This document shows, in pieces, positions 46,710-57,676 of a stretch of 64,000 nucleotides of DNA (position 1 is its first letter; each line of letters begins with the position of its first letter). The notes beneath the pieces are model-generated. The model saw only the letters and a list, made by a program, of their open reading frames with translations. It had not been told where the DNA came from and ran no database searches. Made by a program: the position numbers and the translations under genes. Origin of the DNA: an uncultured delta proteobacterium (GTDB lineage: Bacteria; Myxococcota; Myxococcia; Myxococcales; Anaeromyxobacteraceae); the NCBI GenBank assembly GCA_963766715.1, contig CAVYBH010000011.1:128001-192000 (forward strand), given 5' to 3'.

Positions 46710-47323
46710 GCGAGGAGCGGCTCGGCTGGATGCTCGTCGCGGCGAGCTACCTCGCCGGCTCGGTGCCCTTCGGGCTCCTCCTCGGGCGCTTCGTGGCCGG
46801 GATCGACGTGCGGCAGGCGGGCTCCGGCAACATCGGCGCCACCAACGTGGCCCGCACCGCCGGACGCCGGCTGGGCGTGCTCACGCTGCTGCTCGACGCG
46901 GGGAAGGGGGGCATTCCCGTGGCCGCGACCGCCCTGGCCCTCGACCTGCCCCACGACGCCGGCTGGCCGGCGGCGGCCGGGCTGGCCGCCTTCCTCGGGC
47001 ACGTCTTCCCCTTCTGGCTGGCCTTTCGCGGCGGCAAGGGGGTGGCCACCGCCTTCGGGGCCTTCGTGGTCCTCTCCCCGTGGCTGGCCCTGCTCGCGTC
47101 GGTGGTCTTCGGCGCCACCTTCGGCGCCACCCGGATCGCGTCCCTGGGCTCGATGACCGCCGCCGCGGCGCTGACGGCCGGGTGCGCGACCTTCCACGGT
47201 CTCGACAGCCCGGTGACCCGGGTCGCGTGGGTGGTCCTCATCGTCGTCCTGGTGCGCCACCAGGCCAACATCCGCCGGATGATCCGGGGCGAGGAGTCGC
47301 GCCTGCGGGGCGGCCGGAAGTGA
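46706..47323 (+). CDS. plsY: glycerol-3-phosphate 1-O-acyltransferase PlsY
   Basis: YLAGSVPFG, GSGNIGATN, DAGKG, GHVFP..FRGGKGVAT, RHQANIRR. Confidence 0.95.
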   Translation: MSEERLGWMLVAASYLAGSVPFGLLLGRFVAGIDVRQAGSGNIGATNVARTAGRRLGVLTLLLDAGKGGIPVAATALALDLPHDAGWPAAAGLAAFLGHVFPFWLAFRGGKGVATAFGAFVVLSPWLALLASVVFGATFGATRIASLGSMTAAAALTAGCATFHGLDSPVTRVAWVVLIVVLVRHQANIRRMIRGEESRLRGGRK

Positions 47324-47344
47324 CCGGCCCCGCCAGGCGGGCGG

Positions 47345-50005
47345 TCACACGTTCGGGATGGCGCTCATCTCGCCCGCGGGACGGATGAGGACCTGCCGCG
47401 GCTTCACGCCGTTGGCGGGGCCGACGACTCCCTCGCGCTCCATGCGCTCGACGATCTTGGCGGCCTTGTTGTAGCCGAGCCGCATCTCGCGCTGGAGCTT
47501 GGAGACGGAGACCTCCTCCATGCGGGAGACGAGCGCCAGCGCCTCGTCGTAGACCGGATCCTCCTCGTCGTCGTCGCGGCGCGAGTCGCCGTTGCCGTCC
47601 CGGGCCTTGAGGATCGAGTCGTCGTAGACGGGGCGCCCCTGCTGCTTCAGGAAGGCGACCACGCCGGCGATCTCCTCCTCGGAGACGAAGGCGCCCTGGA
47701 CGCGGGTGACCGGCTGGGTGGCGGTGAGCACCAGCATGTCGCCGTCGCCGAGCAGCGCCTCGGCGCCCGGGCCGTTGATGATGGTGGTCGAGTCGTGCCG
47801 GGAGGCCAGCCGGAAGCTGATGCGGGCCGGGAAGTTGTTCTTGATCATCCCGGTGACGACGTCGGTGGACGGGCGCTGGGTGGCCACGATGAGGTGGATG
47901 CCGGTGGCGCGCGCCTTCTGCGCCAGGCGGGCCAGCGAGATCTCCACCTCCCGCGGCGCGGTCATCATGAGGTCGGCGAGCTCGTCGATGACCACCACCA
48001 TGTACGGGAGCTTCTGCGGCGGCTTCTTCTCGCCGGCCACCGGCGGGCGGGTCGGGTCCTCGAAGAGCGGGACCTGCTCCTCGCGGGCCAGGCGCGCGGC
48101 GGCCTCCTCCTCGGTCTCGCCCTCGGTCATGTCGACCACGAGCAGCTTCTTCGGCGGCACGGCGTCGGCGTCGTCGAAGGTGCGCCCCTCGGCGCGCAGC
48201 TTGTCCACCTTGGCGTTGTAGGACTTGAGGTCCTTCGAGCCGGTGTCGGCCAGGATCTGGGTGCGCCGCTCCATCTCGTCGACCGCCCACTGCAGCGCCC
48301 GGGCCGCCTTCTGCGGATCGGTCACCACCGGCAGGAGCAGGTGCGGGATGTCCTCGTAGATGGAGAGCTCGGTCATCTTCGGGTCGACCATGATCATGCG
48401 CACCTGGTCCGGCGCGTGCCGGTACAGGAGCGAGAGGATCATGGTGTTCAGGCCGACCGACTTGCCGGCGCCGGTGGTGCCGGCGATGAGCAGGTGCGGC
48501 ATGCGCTGCAGGTCGACGCAGTAGGGGATGCCCTCGATGTTCTTCCCGAGCGCGATGGGGAGCAGGCCGGCGGCCCGGTCGAACGTGTCGCTCTCGATGA
48601 CCTCGCGGAGGTAGACGGTGGCGCGGTCGCGGTTCGGCACCTCGATGCCCACCACGCCCTTGCCCGGGATCGGCGCGATGATGCGGATGCGGATCGCCGA
48701 GAGCGCCATGGTGAGCTCCTTGTCGAGGTTCTCGATCCTCGAGAGCTTCACCCCCGCCACCGGCATGAACTCGTAGAGCGTGACCACCGGGCCCGGGCGG
48801 ATGTGCCGGATGGCCCCGTCGACGCCGTGCTGGCGCAGGGTGGACACGATGACCTCGGCGGTCTTCTGCATGCCCGACTCGTCGAGCTCGCCCTTGGGCT
48901 GCTCGTGGCGCGTGAGCAGCGACACCGACGGGAGCTGGAAGACCTCGCCCGACTGCATGAAGGCGAACTCGGGCGCGTCCTTCGTCTTCTTCTTCTTGCT
49001 GCGCTCCTGCATCGCGGCCGAGACGACGATCTCCGGGCGGACCGGGCCGGCCTCGATCGGAAGGGGCTCCGGCGTGGGCTCGGGAGCGGGCTCCGCGGCG
49101 ACCACCATGGGCAGCGGCGTGACGAGCGGCTCCTCGGCCTTCTCCTCCTTCGCGCGGCGGCGGCGCCGGGGAAGCGCGTCGTCCTCCTCCTCGGCGGTGG
49201 CCCAGGCCGGCTCGTCGTCCGGGCGGCCGCGCTTCTTCTCGCGCACGAGCGCGCTCGCCATGGCGCGACCCTCCTGCTCCTCGCCCGAGGCGGCCTCCAC
49301 GACGGCCGCGGCGGCCAGCTCCTCGTCGCGGGCCCGCTCGGCGGCCTCCTCGGCGCGCATCTCGGCCACCGCGGCGCGGTGACGGTCGATGGCGTCGGAG
49401 ACCTTGGCCACCGCCCAGCCCCAGGCGGCGCGCAGCGCGGCCCAGGTGACCGCCCAGACCTTCTGGACCTTCACGTCGGTGGCCACGATGAGGGCCACGA
49501 CCGCCCCGGAGCCGACCACGAGCGCAGTGCCCACCGAGCCGAACAGGGCCTCGGCGCGGGTGCAGAAGAGGCGTCCCACGGCCCCGCCGGGAGGGAAGCT
49601 GGCGAGCGCCCGGCCGGAGAGGAAGAGGTGGGCCAGGGTGGCGACCGAGGCGGTGAGGACCAGGTAGGCGCCCGATCCGACGAGGGTGAGGCGGGGCGAC
49701 TGGCCCTTGAAGAGGGAGATGGCGGTGACCACCAGGGCGACCGGGAGGACGAGCGCGGAGAAGCCGAGGACCTGGAACAGCGCCCGGGCCACGTGGTGCC
49801 CGACGGGGCCGACCAGGTTCGACGCCGGGGGGACCCCGTGGGCGATCAGCTGGCCGTCGAGCGCGGAGAAGGTGATGAGGGCGATCGCGAGCGAGGTTCC
49901 CAGGGCGAGCAGCGCGACGGCGAGGATGTCCCGCCCCATCCCCGTCTTGCCGGAGACTCCGTCCCTGGACTTCTCGGACTTCCGGTTCAGCTTCGGCTTT
50001 GCCAT
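47345..50005 (-). CDS. ftsK: DNA translocase FtsK
   Basis: N-terminal 4TM domain, GPVVTLYE, PHLLIAGTTGAGKS, VIDELADLMM, ATQRPS, gamma domain LQREMRLGYNKAAKIVE. Confidence 0.97.
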   Translation of the reverse strand: MAKPKLNRKSEKSRDGVSGKTGMGRDILAVALLALGTSLAIALITFSALDGQLIAHGVPPASNLVGPVGHHVARALFQVLGFSALVLPVALVVTAISLFKGQSPRLTLVGSGAYLVLTASVATLAHLFLSGRALASFPPGGAVGRLFCTRAEALFGSVGTALVVGSGAVVALIVATDVKVQKVWAVTWAALRAAWGWAVAKVSDAIDRHRAAVAEMRAEEAAERARDEELAAAAVVEAASGEEQEGRAMASALVREKKRGRPDDEPAWATAEEEDDALPRRRRRAKEEKAEEPLVTPLPMVVAAEPAPEPTPEPLPIEAGPVRPEIVVSAAMQERSKKKKTKDAPEFAFMQSGEVFQLPSVSLLTRHEQPKGELDESGMQKTAEVIVSTLRQHGVDGAIRHIRPGPVVTLYEFMPVAGVKLSRIENLDKELTMALSAIRIRIIAPIPGKGVVGIEVPNRDRATVYLREVIESDTFDRAAGLLPIALGKNIEGIPYCVDLQRMPHLLIAGTTGAGKSVGLNTMILSLLYRHAPDQVRMIMVDPKMTELSIYEDIPHLLLPVVTDPQKAARALQWAVDEMERRTQILADTGSKDLKSYNAKVDKLRAEGRTFDDADAVPPKKLLVVDMTEGETEEEAAARLAREEQVPLFEDPTRPPVAGEKKPPQKLPYMVVVIDELADLMMTAPREVEISLARLAQKARATGIHLIVATQRPSTDVVTGMIKNNFPARISFRLASRHDSTTIINGPGAEALLGDGDMLVLTATQPVTRVQGAFVSEEEIAGVVAFLKQQGRPVYDDSILKARDGNGDSRRDDDEEDPVYDEALALVSRMEEVSVSKLQREMRLGYNKAAKIVERMEREGVVGPANGVKPRQVLIRPAGEMSAIPNV

Positions 50006-50147
50006 GGATCCTCGGCGATATCGCAGGTGTAGGGGTGCGGACGACCCCGGAGCCGACGATATCGTCGGAAGGGGAAGGGTCAATTTTTCCGCCTGGATCC
50101 ACGGCTTGCGCGCCTCCGGTCTTCGGGGCTACCTTGGTCGCCCTCCC

Positions 50148-51518
50148 ATGGACGTCCGCTGCGAGCGCTGCCGGGCCCAGTACGCCGTCGACGACGCCCG
50201 GGTCTCCGAGACGGGGATCAAGGTCGCCTGCGCGCAGTGCGGCCACGCCTTCCTCCTCCGGAAGAAGACCCTCTCGGTCACCGTGCCCCTCAAGGGGGGC
50301 GATACCGACACGCCGGTCCCCATCGGCGACCTGGCCGGGGCCCCGCCGCCTCCCGCGGCCGAGGCTGCCGAGCGAGGCGAATGGCGGCTTCGCCAGCCCG
50401 GTGGCGCGATCTTCCCGTTCCGGGAGCTCTCCACGCTCCAGCGGTGGATCGTCGAGCGGAAGGCCACGCGGGACGACGAGGTGGCGGCGGCGGGGCAGGG
50501 TGAGGCCTGGCGCCGGCTCGGCGACATCCCGGAGCTCCAGAGCTTCTTCACGCTCCTCGACCGGGCCCAGCGCCGCCGCGAGACGCGCCCGGAGGCGCCT
50601 GCCGAGGCCCCGGCGGAACCCGTCCGCGCCGCCCAGCCCGGCCTCGAGGACCCCGCCTGGGCCAGGGGTCCCGTCTCGTCCACGCGCCGCGTGACCCGCT
50701 CCGCCCTTCGCCCCCCGCCCCGGCGCAGCCGCTTGCTGTGGGTGGCGCTGATCGCCGTCGGCCTGCTGGGCGTGGCGGCCGGCACCGTCTACCTGCGCCG
50801 GAAGGCGGAATCGGACCTGAACGTCCAGGCCGCGAACGAGGCCGCTGCCCAGGCGGCGCTGGCCGCGCGCCAGGCCGCTACCGTCCCGGTTCCTCCGCCC
50901 CGGGCCGAGCCCCCCAGGGAGCCGGCTCCCCAGCCGGTGCAGGAACCCGCCCCGGCTCCGGCCCCGACGAGCGGCGCCACCTCCCAGGCCGAGCAGGCCC
51001 CGGCGGGACCTGCCGCCGCCGATCCGATCGCGGCCCCGGCCGCAGCGGTTGCATCGGGCGCCGCGGCCCCTGCCGCGACACTGGTCCCCGGGGTCCCCGG
51101 CCCTGCCCCCTCGACGGCGGCGCCTGCGGCCCGGCCCCCTCCGCGCGACGACCCGGGCGCGGCCGTGCGCGGCCTGCTCGCACGGGCCCGGGAGCAGCGG
51201 GACCGGGGGCGCCCCGAGGCGGCCCTCGACCTGTACGGCCAGGCGCTCGCGCAGGACGGCCGCAACGCCACCGCCCTCGCCGGGCGCGGGGCGTGTTATC
51301 TGGATCTCTCGCGGTACGTCCAGGCGGAGGCCAGCTTCGGGGAGTCCCTCGAGGCCGACCCCCGAAACGCCGAGGCGCTCTTCGGCCTGGCCGAGACCAA
51401 CCGGTACATGGGGCGCAAGGACCAGGCCGTGGCGTTCTACGAGAGATTCCTGTCGGTTCGCCCCACCGGAGACGACGCCGCCGCGGCACGGCGGCTCATC
51501 AGCCAGCTCAAGGAGTGA
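50148..51518 (+). CDS. MJ0042-type zinc-ribbon / GYF_2-like / TM / TPR protein
   Basis: CERC..CAQC, WRLRQPGG..LQRWIVE..WRRLGDIPEL, one TM helix, Pro/Ala linker, C-terminal TPRs. Confidence 0.85.
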   Translation: MDVRCERCRAQYAVDDARVSETGIKVACAQCGHAFLLRKKTLSVTVPLKGGDTDTPVPIGDLAGAPPPPAAEAAERGEWRLRQPGGAIFPFRELSTLQRWIVERKATRDDEVAAAGQGEAWRRLGDIPELQSFFTLLDRAQRRRETRPEAPAEAPAEPVRAAQPGLEDPAWARGPVSSTRRVTRSALRPPPRRSRLLWVALIAVGLLGVAAGTVYLRRKAESDLNVQAANEAAAQAALAARQAATVPVPPPRAEPPREPAPQPVQEPAPAPAPTSGATSQAEQAPAGPAAADPIAAPAAAVASGAAAPAATLVPGVPGPAPSTAAPAARPPPRDDPGAAVRGLLARAREQRDRGRPEAALDLYGQALAQDGRNATALAGRGACYLDLSRYVQAEASFGESLEADPRNAEALFGLAETNRYMGRKDQAVAFYERFLSVRPTGDDAAAARRLISQLKE

Positions 51519-51523
51519 AAGTC

Positions 51524-51862
51524 ATGTCCGAGACCGTGAAGCCCTCCCAGACCGAGGAAGACTACTTCGCGAAGGAGGATGCCGAGAAGAAGCGGAAGAT
51601 GGCGCAGAAGGTCCACCGCGAGATGGCCGTCGACGAGGCCAAGCGGCTTCGCGATCTCCACCACGGCCACTGCCCCGGCTGCGGCCAGCAGATGCACGAG
51701 GTGAAGCTGCGCAGCGTCCCCGTCGACGTCTGCTTCGCCTGCAACGGCATCTTCCTCGAGCACGGCGAGATCGAGGCGTTCCAGCGGCAGATCAACGAGG
51801 GGCGGCGCGGCGTGGTCGCGGCCATCCTCAACTGGTTCCGCCCCGAGAGCCCCCAGAAGTAG
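51524..51862 (+). CDS. zf-TFIIB-like zinc-finger protein
   Basis: [32 protein letters not shown]. Confidence 0.82.
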   Translation: MSETVKPSQTEEDYFAKEDAEKKRKMAQKVHREMAVDEAKRLRDLHHGHCPGCGQQMHEVKLRSVPVDVCFACNGIFLEHGEIEAFQRQINEGRRGVVAAILNWFRPESPQK

Positions 51863-51867
51863 GCGCG

Positions 51868-52158
51868 ATGGCGCTGTCGCCCGAAGAGGTCCGTCGCATC
51901 GCGACGCTGGCGCGGCTCCGGCTGCTCCCGCCGGAGGAGGCGCGCCTCGCCGCCGAGCTGTCGGCCATCCTCGACTACGTCCGGCTGCTCGAGGAGCTCG
52001 ACGTCTCCGGCGTGGAGCCGATGACCCACGCGCTCGCCTCGGGGGAGACGCCCTGGCGCGTCGACGAGGTCCTCCCCGGCCTCTCGCCCGACGAGGCCCT
52101 CGCGAACGCGCCGGCCCGGGAAGGGACCTGCTTCCAGGTCCCGAGGATCATCGAGTGA
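51868..52158 (+). CDS. gatC: Asp/Glu-tRNA amidotransferase subunit C
   Basis: [37 protein letters not shown]. Confidence 0.93.
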   Translation: MALSPEEVRRIATLARLRLLPPEEARLAAELSAILDYVRLLEELDVSGVEPMTHALASGETPWRVDEVLPGLSPDEALANAPAREGTCFQVPRIIE

Positions 52159-53627
52159 GCGCGCCGCCCCTGCTCGACCGGTCGCTCACCGACCTCTCCG
52201 CGGCCCTCTCGCGGCGCGAGGTCTCCTCCGAGGAGACCACCCGCGCGGTGCTCGCCCGCATCGAGGCCACCGACGGCAAGCTGGGGGCCTTCCTCCGGGT
52301 CTCGACCGAGCGGGCGCTCGACGCCGCGCGCGCCTCCGACGCGCGGCGGGCCCGCGGCGAGTCGCGCTCGACGCTCGACGGCGTCCCCATCGCGCTGAAG
52401 GACATCTTCCTGACGAAGGGGGTCGAGACCACCGCGGGGTCCCGCATCCTGGAGGGCTTCGTCCCTCCCTTCGACGCCACCGTCGTGGAGCGGCTCGAGG
52501 GCGCCGGCGCCGTGGTGGTGGGCAAGCTCAACATGGACGAGTTCGCCATGGGCTCGTCCAACGAGAACAGCGCCTTCGGCCCCTGCCGCAATCCCTGGGA
52601 CCTCTCCCGCACGCCGGGTGGATCCTCGGGCGGGAGCGCGGCGGCGGTGGCGGCGCGGCAGGTCTTCGGCGCGCTGGGCACCGACACCGGCGGCTCGATC
52701 CGGCAGCCCGCCTCGCTCTGCGGCGTGGTCGGGCTGAAGCCGACCTACGGCCGGGTCTCGCGGTACGGCGTCATCGCCTTCGCGAGCTCGCTCGACCAGG
52801 TGGGCCCGATGGGAAGGACCGTGGCCGACGCGGCCGTGCTGCTCGGCGCCATCGCCGGCCACGACCCCCGCGACCAGACCTCGTCCACCCGGCCCGTCCC
52901 CGACTACCTGGCCGGGCTGGAGGACGGGGCGCGCGGGCTGCGCATCGGCGTCCCGCGGGAGTGGTTCCAGGGAGGGACCGAGGCAGGCGTGGAGCGGCGC
53001 GTGCGCGAGGCGCTGGCCGCCTACGAGCGCATGGGCGCCACCCTCGTCGACGTCGAGCTCCCTCACTCCAAGTACGGGGTGGCGGCCTACTACCTGGTGG
53101 CGCCGGCCGAGGCCTCCTCCAACCTGGCCCGCTACGACGGCGTCCGCTTCGGCCTGCGGGCCCCGGCCCGGGCCCTCTCCGACATGTACGGCGAGACCCG
53201 CGACGCCGGCTTCGGCGCCGAGCCGAAGCGCCGCATCATGCTCGGCACCTACGCCCTCTCGGCCGGGTACTACGACGCCTACTACCTGCGGGCCCAGAAG
53301 GTCCGCACGCTCGTCCGCCGCGACTTCGACCGGGCCTTCGAGCGCTGCGACGTGGTGGCCGGGCCGGTCTCGCCCAGCGTGGCGTTCCGGCTGGGCGAGA
53401 AGGTGGCCGACCCGCTCCAGATGTACCTGGCCGACGTCTACACCATCTCCTGCAACCTGGCGGCGCTGCCGGGCCTGTCGGTGCCGGCCGGGCTGCACCC
53501 GGAGCTCGGGCTCCCGGTGGGGCTGCAGCTGGTGGGTCGCCCGTTCGACGAGCCGACCCTGCTGCGGGCCGCCCGGGCGCTGGAGCGGGAGCTCGGGCCG
53601 TCGCCCGCGCCGGGAGCCGTCGGATGA
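52155..53627 (+). CDS. gatA: Asp/Glu-tRNA amidotransferase subunit A
   Basis: [59 protein letters not shown]. Confidence 0.97.
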   Translation: MSAPPLLDRSLTDLSAALSRREVSSEETTRAVLARIEATDGKLGAFLRVSTERALDAARASDARRARGESRSTLDGVPIALKDIFLTKGVETTAGSRILEGFVPPFDATVVERLEGAGAVVVGKLNMDEFAMGSSNENSAFGPCRNPWDLSRTPGGSSGGSAAAVAARQVFGALGTDTGGSIRQPASLCGVVGLKPTYGRVSRYGVIAFASSLDQVGPMGRTVADAAVLLGAIAGHDPRDQTSSTRPVPDYLAGLEDGARGLRIGVPREWFQGGTEAGVERRVREALAAYERMGATLVDVELPHSKYGVAAYYLVAPAEASSNLARYDGVRFGLRAPARALSDMYGETRDAGFGAEPKRRIMLGTYALSAGYYDAYYLRAQKVRTLVRRDFDRAFERCDVVAGPVSPSVAFRLGEKVADPLQMYLADVYTISCNLAALPGLSVPAGLHPELGLPVGLQLVGRPFDEPTLLRAARALERELGPSPAPGAVG

Positions 53628-54067
53628 GCGCGCCCACCCGCAGGACGGCGGTGGTGGTGTGGCTCGGGATCCTCCTCACGCCCCTCTTCTTCGCCGCGGT
53701 GACGGCGGTCGTGGCGCCGCCTCCGGAGATGCGCTCGCCCGAGCTCGCCGGCCTGTTCTTCTGGATGGCGGCCGCGGTGGTCGGGCTGGGGATCGGGCTC
53801 TCCCGGTTGCTGCCCCTGCGCATCGGCGCGACGGCGCAGGGCGCGCGCGATCCGGTCGCCTTCACCCGCCTCACCGTCGCCTGGGCCATCCTGGAGGGCG
53901 CGGCCCTCTTCCCGCTCGTGGCCCAGCTCGTCACCGGCGACCCCTTCCAGTTCCTGCTCACCGGGGTGGCCCTGGCCGCGCTGGTCGGGCTCTACCCGTC
54001 CGAGGCCCGCTGGGCGACCCACGCGGTGCAGCCCATCGAGGGCTCGAAGAACAGGCTGGTGCGATAG
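53624..54067 (+). CDS. hypothetical 4-TM membrane protein inside the gat operon
   Basis: Hydrophobic helices, [10 protein letters not shown]; overlaps gatA stop and gatB start. Confidence 0.7.
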   Translation: MSAPTRRTAVVVWLGILLTPLFFAAVTAVVAPPPEMRSPELAGLFFWMAAAVVGLGIGLSRLLPLRIGATAQGARDPVAFTRLTVAWAILEGAALFPLVAQLVTGDPFQFLLTGVALAALVGLYPSEARWATHAVQPIEGSKNRLVR

Positions 54068-55522
54068 TGCCGCTCCAGGACTTCCAGCTCGTGGTGGGCA
54101 TCGAGGTGCACGCCCAGCTCCTCACCCGCAGCAAGATCTTCTGCGGCTGCTCGACGGCCTTCGGCGGCGAGCCCAACTCGCACGTCTGCCCGGTCTGCCT
54201 GGGCATGCCGGGCGTCCTGCCCGCGCTCAACCGGCAGGTGGTCGAGTTCGCCATCCGCACCGGCCTCGCGCTCTCCTGCGACGTGCAGGGGAAGAGCGTC
54301 TTCGCGCGGAAGAACTACTTCTACCCGGACCTGCCGAAGGGCTACCAGGTGAGCCAGTACGAGCTGCCCATCTGCGTGGGCGGCGGCGTGGACGTGACGG
54401 TCGACGGGGTGGAGCGGCGCATCCGGCTCACCCGGATCCACATGGAGGAGGACGCCGGCAAGAACCTGCACGGCGTGGCCGGCGACGGGTCGTCGGGCGT
54501 CGACCTGAACCGGGCCGGGGTCCCGCTCCTCGAGATCGTGAGCGAGCCGGACATCCGCTCCATCGACGAGGCCATCGAGTACCTGAAGGCGCTGCGCGCC
54601 ATCCTCATGTACCTGGGCGTGAACGACGGGAACCTCGAGGAGGGCTCGTTCCGCTGCGACGCCAACGTGTCGGTCATGCCCCGGGGCTCGACCGTGCTCG
54701 GCACCCGCTGCGAGCTGAAGAACATGAACTCCTTCCGCTTCCTGCGGCAGGCCATCGAGTACGAGATGCGCCGGCAGGTGGAGATCGTCGAGTCGGGCGG
54801 GAAGGTGCGGCAGGAGACGCGCCTCTTCGACCCGCAGCGCGGCGAGACCCGCTCGATGCGCTCCAAGGAGGAGGCGCACGACTACCGCTACTTCCCCGAG
54901 CCCGACCTGCCGCCGGTGATCGTCCCGGCGGCGTGGGTGGAGGAGGTGCGCGGGACCTTGCCCGAGCTGCCCCGCGCGCGGAGCGCCCGCTACCAGCGCG
55001 ACCTGGGGCTCTCCGCCTACGACGCCGGGCTGCTCACCGCCGACCGGGCGGTGGCCGAGTTCTTCGACGCCGCGCTGGCGGCGCGCGGGGGCGGGCCGGA
55101 GGCGGCCAAGCGGATCGCCAACCTCCTGAACGGCGACGTGGCCCGGCTCGCGAACGAGACGGGGAAGGCGGCGGGCGCCTGGGCGCTCACGCCGGTGGCC
55201 CTCGCCGGGGTGGTGCGGCTCGCCGACTCGGGCGTCATCGGCGGCCCGGGCGTGCGGCAGGTGATCGAGGAGCTGTTCCGGGAGGGCGGCGACCCCGAGG
55301 CGATCGTGGCGGCCCGGGGGCTCGCGCAGGTCTCCGACGAGTCGGCGGTGGAGGCGGCCGCCGACGCGGTGATCGCGCAGTGCGCGGCCGAGGTGGAGCG
55401 CTACCGGGCCGGCAACGAGAAGCTGCTCGGCTTCCTGGTCGGACAGGTGATGAAGGCCATGAAGGGCAAGGGGAACCCGGCGGTGGTGAACGCGGTCCTC
55501 ACGCCGGAAGCTGGGGAGCTAG
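54067..55522 (+). CDS. gatB: Asp/Glu-tRNA amidotransferase subunit B (frameshift in last codons; ORF as read ends 55545)
   Basis: [68 protein letters not shown]. Confidence 0.97.
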
Positions 55523-55544
55523 CCATGCCCGGGGCGATGCGCTG

Positions 55545-55766
55545 ATGGCCTGGGCGGGCTGGGGAGCGGGTCCGGCCGGGGCCGGCGCGGCGGGCGGCCC
55601 GAGCCGCTGGTTCCTCGTCCTGCTGCTCGTGGCGAGCGTCGGCGTGGCCGTCGTGCTCCTGCGCGACCGGCACTGGGTCGAGGGAGGCGTGGCGGCGGCC
55701 GGAGCCGTGTACTTCGGCCTGCGGGCGTCCGGGAGGCTGGGCGGGCGTGGAGGAGATCGATCGTGA
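55545..55766 (+). CDS. small 2-TM hypothetical protein
   Basis: [32 protein letters not shown]; fills the gap between gatB and mtnA. Confidence 0.5.
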   Translation: MAWAGWGAGPAGAGAAGGPSRWFLVLLLVASVGVAVVLLRDRHWVEGGVAAAGAVYFGLRASGRLGGRGGDRS

Positions 55767-56776
55767 CGGAACGTGAAGTGCTGCGCCCGGTTCGCTGGGA
55801 CGAGAAGCGCGTCGAGGTGGCCATCCTGGACCAGCGGGCGCTCCCCGCCGTGGAGGCCTGGCTCGGGCTGCGCAGCGCCGACGAGGTCGCCGACGCCATC
55901 CGGACGCTGGCGGTGCGCGGCGCGCCCGCCATCGGGGTGGCCGCGGCCTACGGGCTGGCGGTGGAGGCCCGGCGCGGGGCTTCCCCGGAGCGGCTGCGCG
56001 CGGCGGCCGAGCTGCTGGCCCGGGCGCGTCCCACCGCGGTGAACCTGGAATGGGCCGTCCGCCGGATGTCGCGGCGCATCGGCGAGCCGTCCGCCGCCAT
56101 CCTGGAGGAGGCCCACGCCATCCGGGACGAGGACGAGGCCGCCTGCCGCCGCATCGGGGCGCTGGGCGCGCCGCTGCTCCCGCCCGAGGCCCGGGTGCTC
56201 ACCCACTGCAACGCGGGAGCGCTCGCCACCGCCGCCTACGGCACCGCGCTCGGCATCGTCCGCGCCGCCTGGGAGGCCGGGCGGCTCGAGCACGTCTTCG
56301 CCGACGAGACCCGCCCCTTCTTCCAGGGCGCCCGGCTCACCGCCTGGGAGCTGCAGCGCGACGGCATCCCGGTCACCGTGCTCACCGACAACATGGCCGG
56401 CTGGCTCATGTCCCGGGGCGAGCTCTCCTGCGTGGTGGTGGGCGCCGACCGGATCGCCGCGAACGGCGACGTCGCCAACAAGATCGGCACCTACTCGCTG
56501 GCGGTGCTGGCCCGGCACCACGCCATCCCGTTCTACGTGGCCGCGCCGTGGAGCACCTTCGACACCTCGCTCGCCACCGGCGCCGGGATCCCCATCGAGG
56601 AGCGCCCGTCCGACGAGGTGGTGCGGATCTTCGGGAAGCTGGTGGCCCCGGAAGGGGTCCCCGCCCGCTACCCGGCCTTCGACGTGACGCCGGCCGACCT
56701 GGTCACGGCCATCGTGACCGAGCGGGGCGTCCTGCGGGCCCCGTACGGTCCAGCCATCGGGGCGCTGGCGGGTTAA
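55763..56776 (+). CDS. mtnA: S-methyl-5-thioribose-1-phosphate isomerase
   Basis: [66 protein letters not shown]. Confidence 0.96.
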   Translation: MTEREVLRPVRWDEKRVEVAILDQRALPAVEAWLGLRSADEVADAIRTLAVRGAPAIGVAAAYGLAVEARRGASPERLRAAAELLARARPTAVNLEWAVRRMSRRIGEPSAAILEEAHAIRDEDEAACRRIGALGAPLLPPEARVLTHCNAGALATAAYGTALGIVRAAWEAGRLEHVFADETRPFFQGARLTAWELQRDGIPVTVLTDNMAGWLMSRGELSCVVVGADRIAANGDVANKIGTYSLAVLARHHAIPFYVAAPWSTFDTSLATGAGIPIEERPSDEVVRIFGKLVAPEGVPARYPAFDVTPADLVTAIVTERGVLRAPYGPAIGALAG

Positions 56777-56787
56777 GACCCCCGGGC

Positions 56788-57676
56788 GTGCCTCCCAGCG
56801 ACGGATCCCGACGCAGCCGCGTCACCCGCCTTCCCGGCTCGGGACGGGAGATCGTCTCGCTCGGCGTCCGGACCACGCCGATCCGGGACCTCTACCACTG
56901 GCTCCTCGTCGAGCCCTGGACCCAGTTCTTCGCGCTCGTCCTCGTCGTCTACCTGGGGGCGAACCTGGTCTTCGCCTTCGGCTACCTCTCCATCGGCGAC
57001 GGCATCGAGGAGGCGCGCCCGGGCAACTTCGCCGACGCCTTCTTCTTCAGCGTCCAGACCATGGCCACCATCGGCTACGGCAAGATGGCGCCGCGGGGGC
57101 TGGCCGCCAACGTCCTCGTGACGCTCGAGGCCCTCGTCGGCCTGCTCGGCCTGGCGCTCGTCACCGGGCTCGTCTTCGCCAAGTTCTCCCGGCCGACGGC
57201 CCGGGTCCTCTTCAGCCGGAACGTCGTGATCACCCGCTTCGACGGCGCCCCGGCCCTGCTCGTCCGCATGGCGAACGAGCGCGGCAACCAGATCGCGGAG
57301 GCGCAGGCCCACCTGGTCCTGCTGCGCACCGAGGTCACCCCGGAGGGAGAGGAGGTCCGTCGCATGATCGACCTGCACGCTCCGGCGGAGCCAGTCGGCC
57401 TTCTTCGCCTTCACCTGGCTGCTCGTGCACCCCATCACGCCGGGGAGCCCGCTCCACGGCGAGACCCCGGAGAGCCTGCGCGAGAAGGACGTCGACCTGG
57501 TCGCCTCCATGACCGGGCTGGACGAGACCCTCGGCCAGACGGTGCACGCGCGCCACGCCTGGACGCCGGCCGACGTGCTCTGGGGCCACCGCTTCGCCGA
57601 CGTGCTCGTGACGCTGCCCGACGGGCGCCGCGCCATCGACTACGGGAGGTTCCACGACGTGGAGCCGGAGGCCTAG
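56788..57676 (+). CDS. KirBac-type inward-rectifier potassium channel (frameshift near 57377)
   Basis: DLYHWLL, AFFFSVQTMATIGYG, FAKFSRPTARVLFS, RMANERGNQI, HPITPGSPL, WGHRFADV. Confidence 0.92.
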
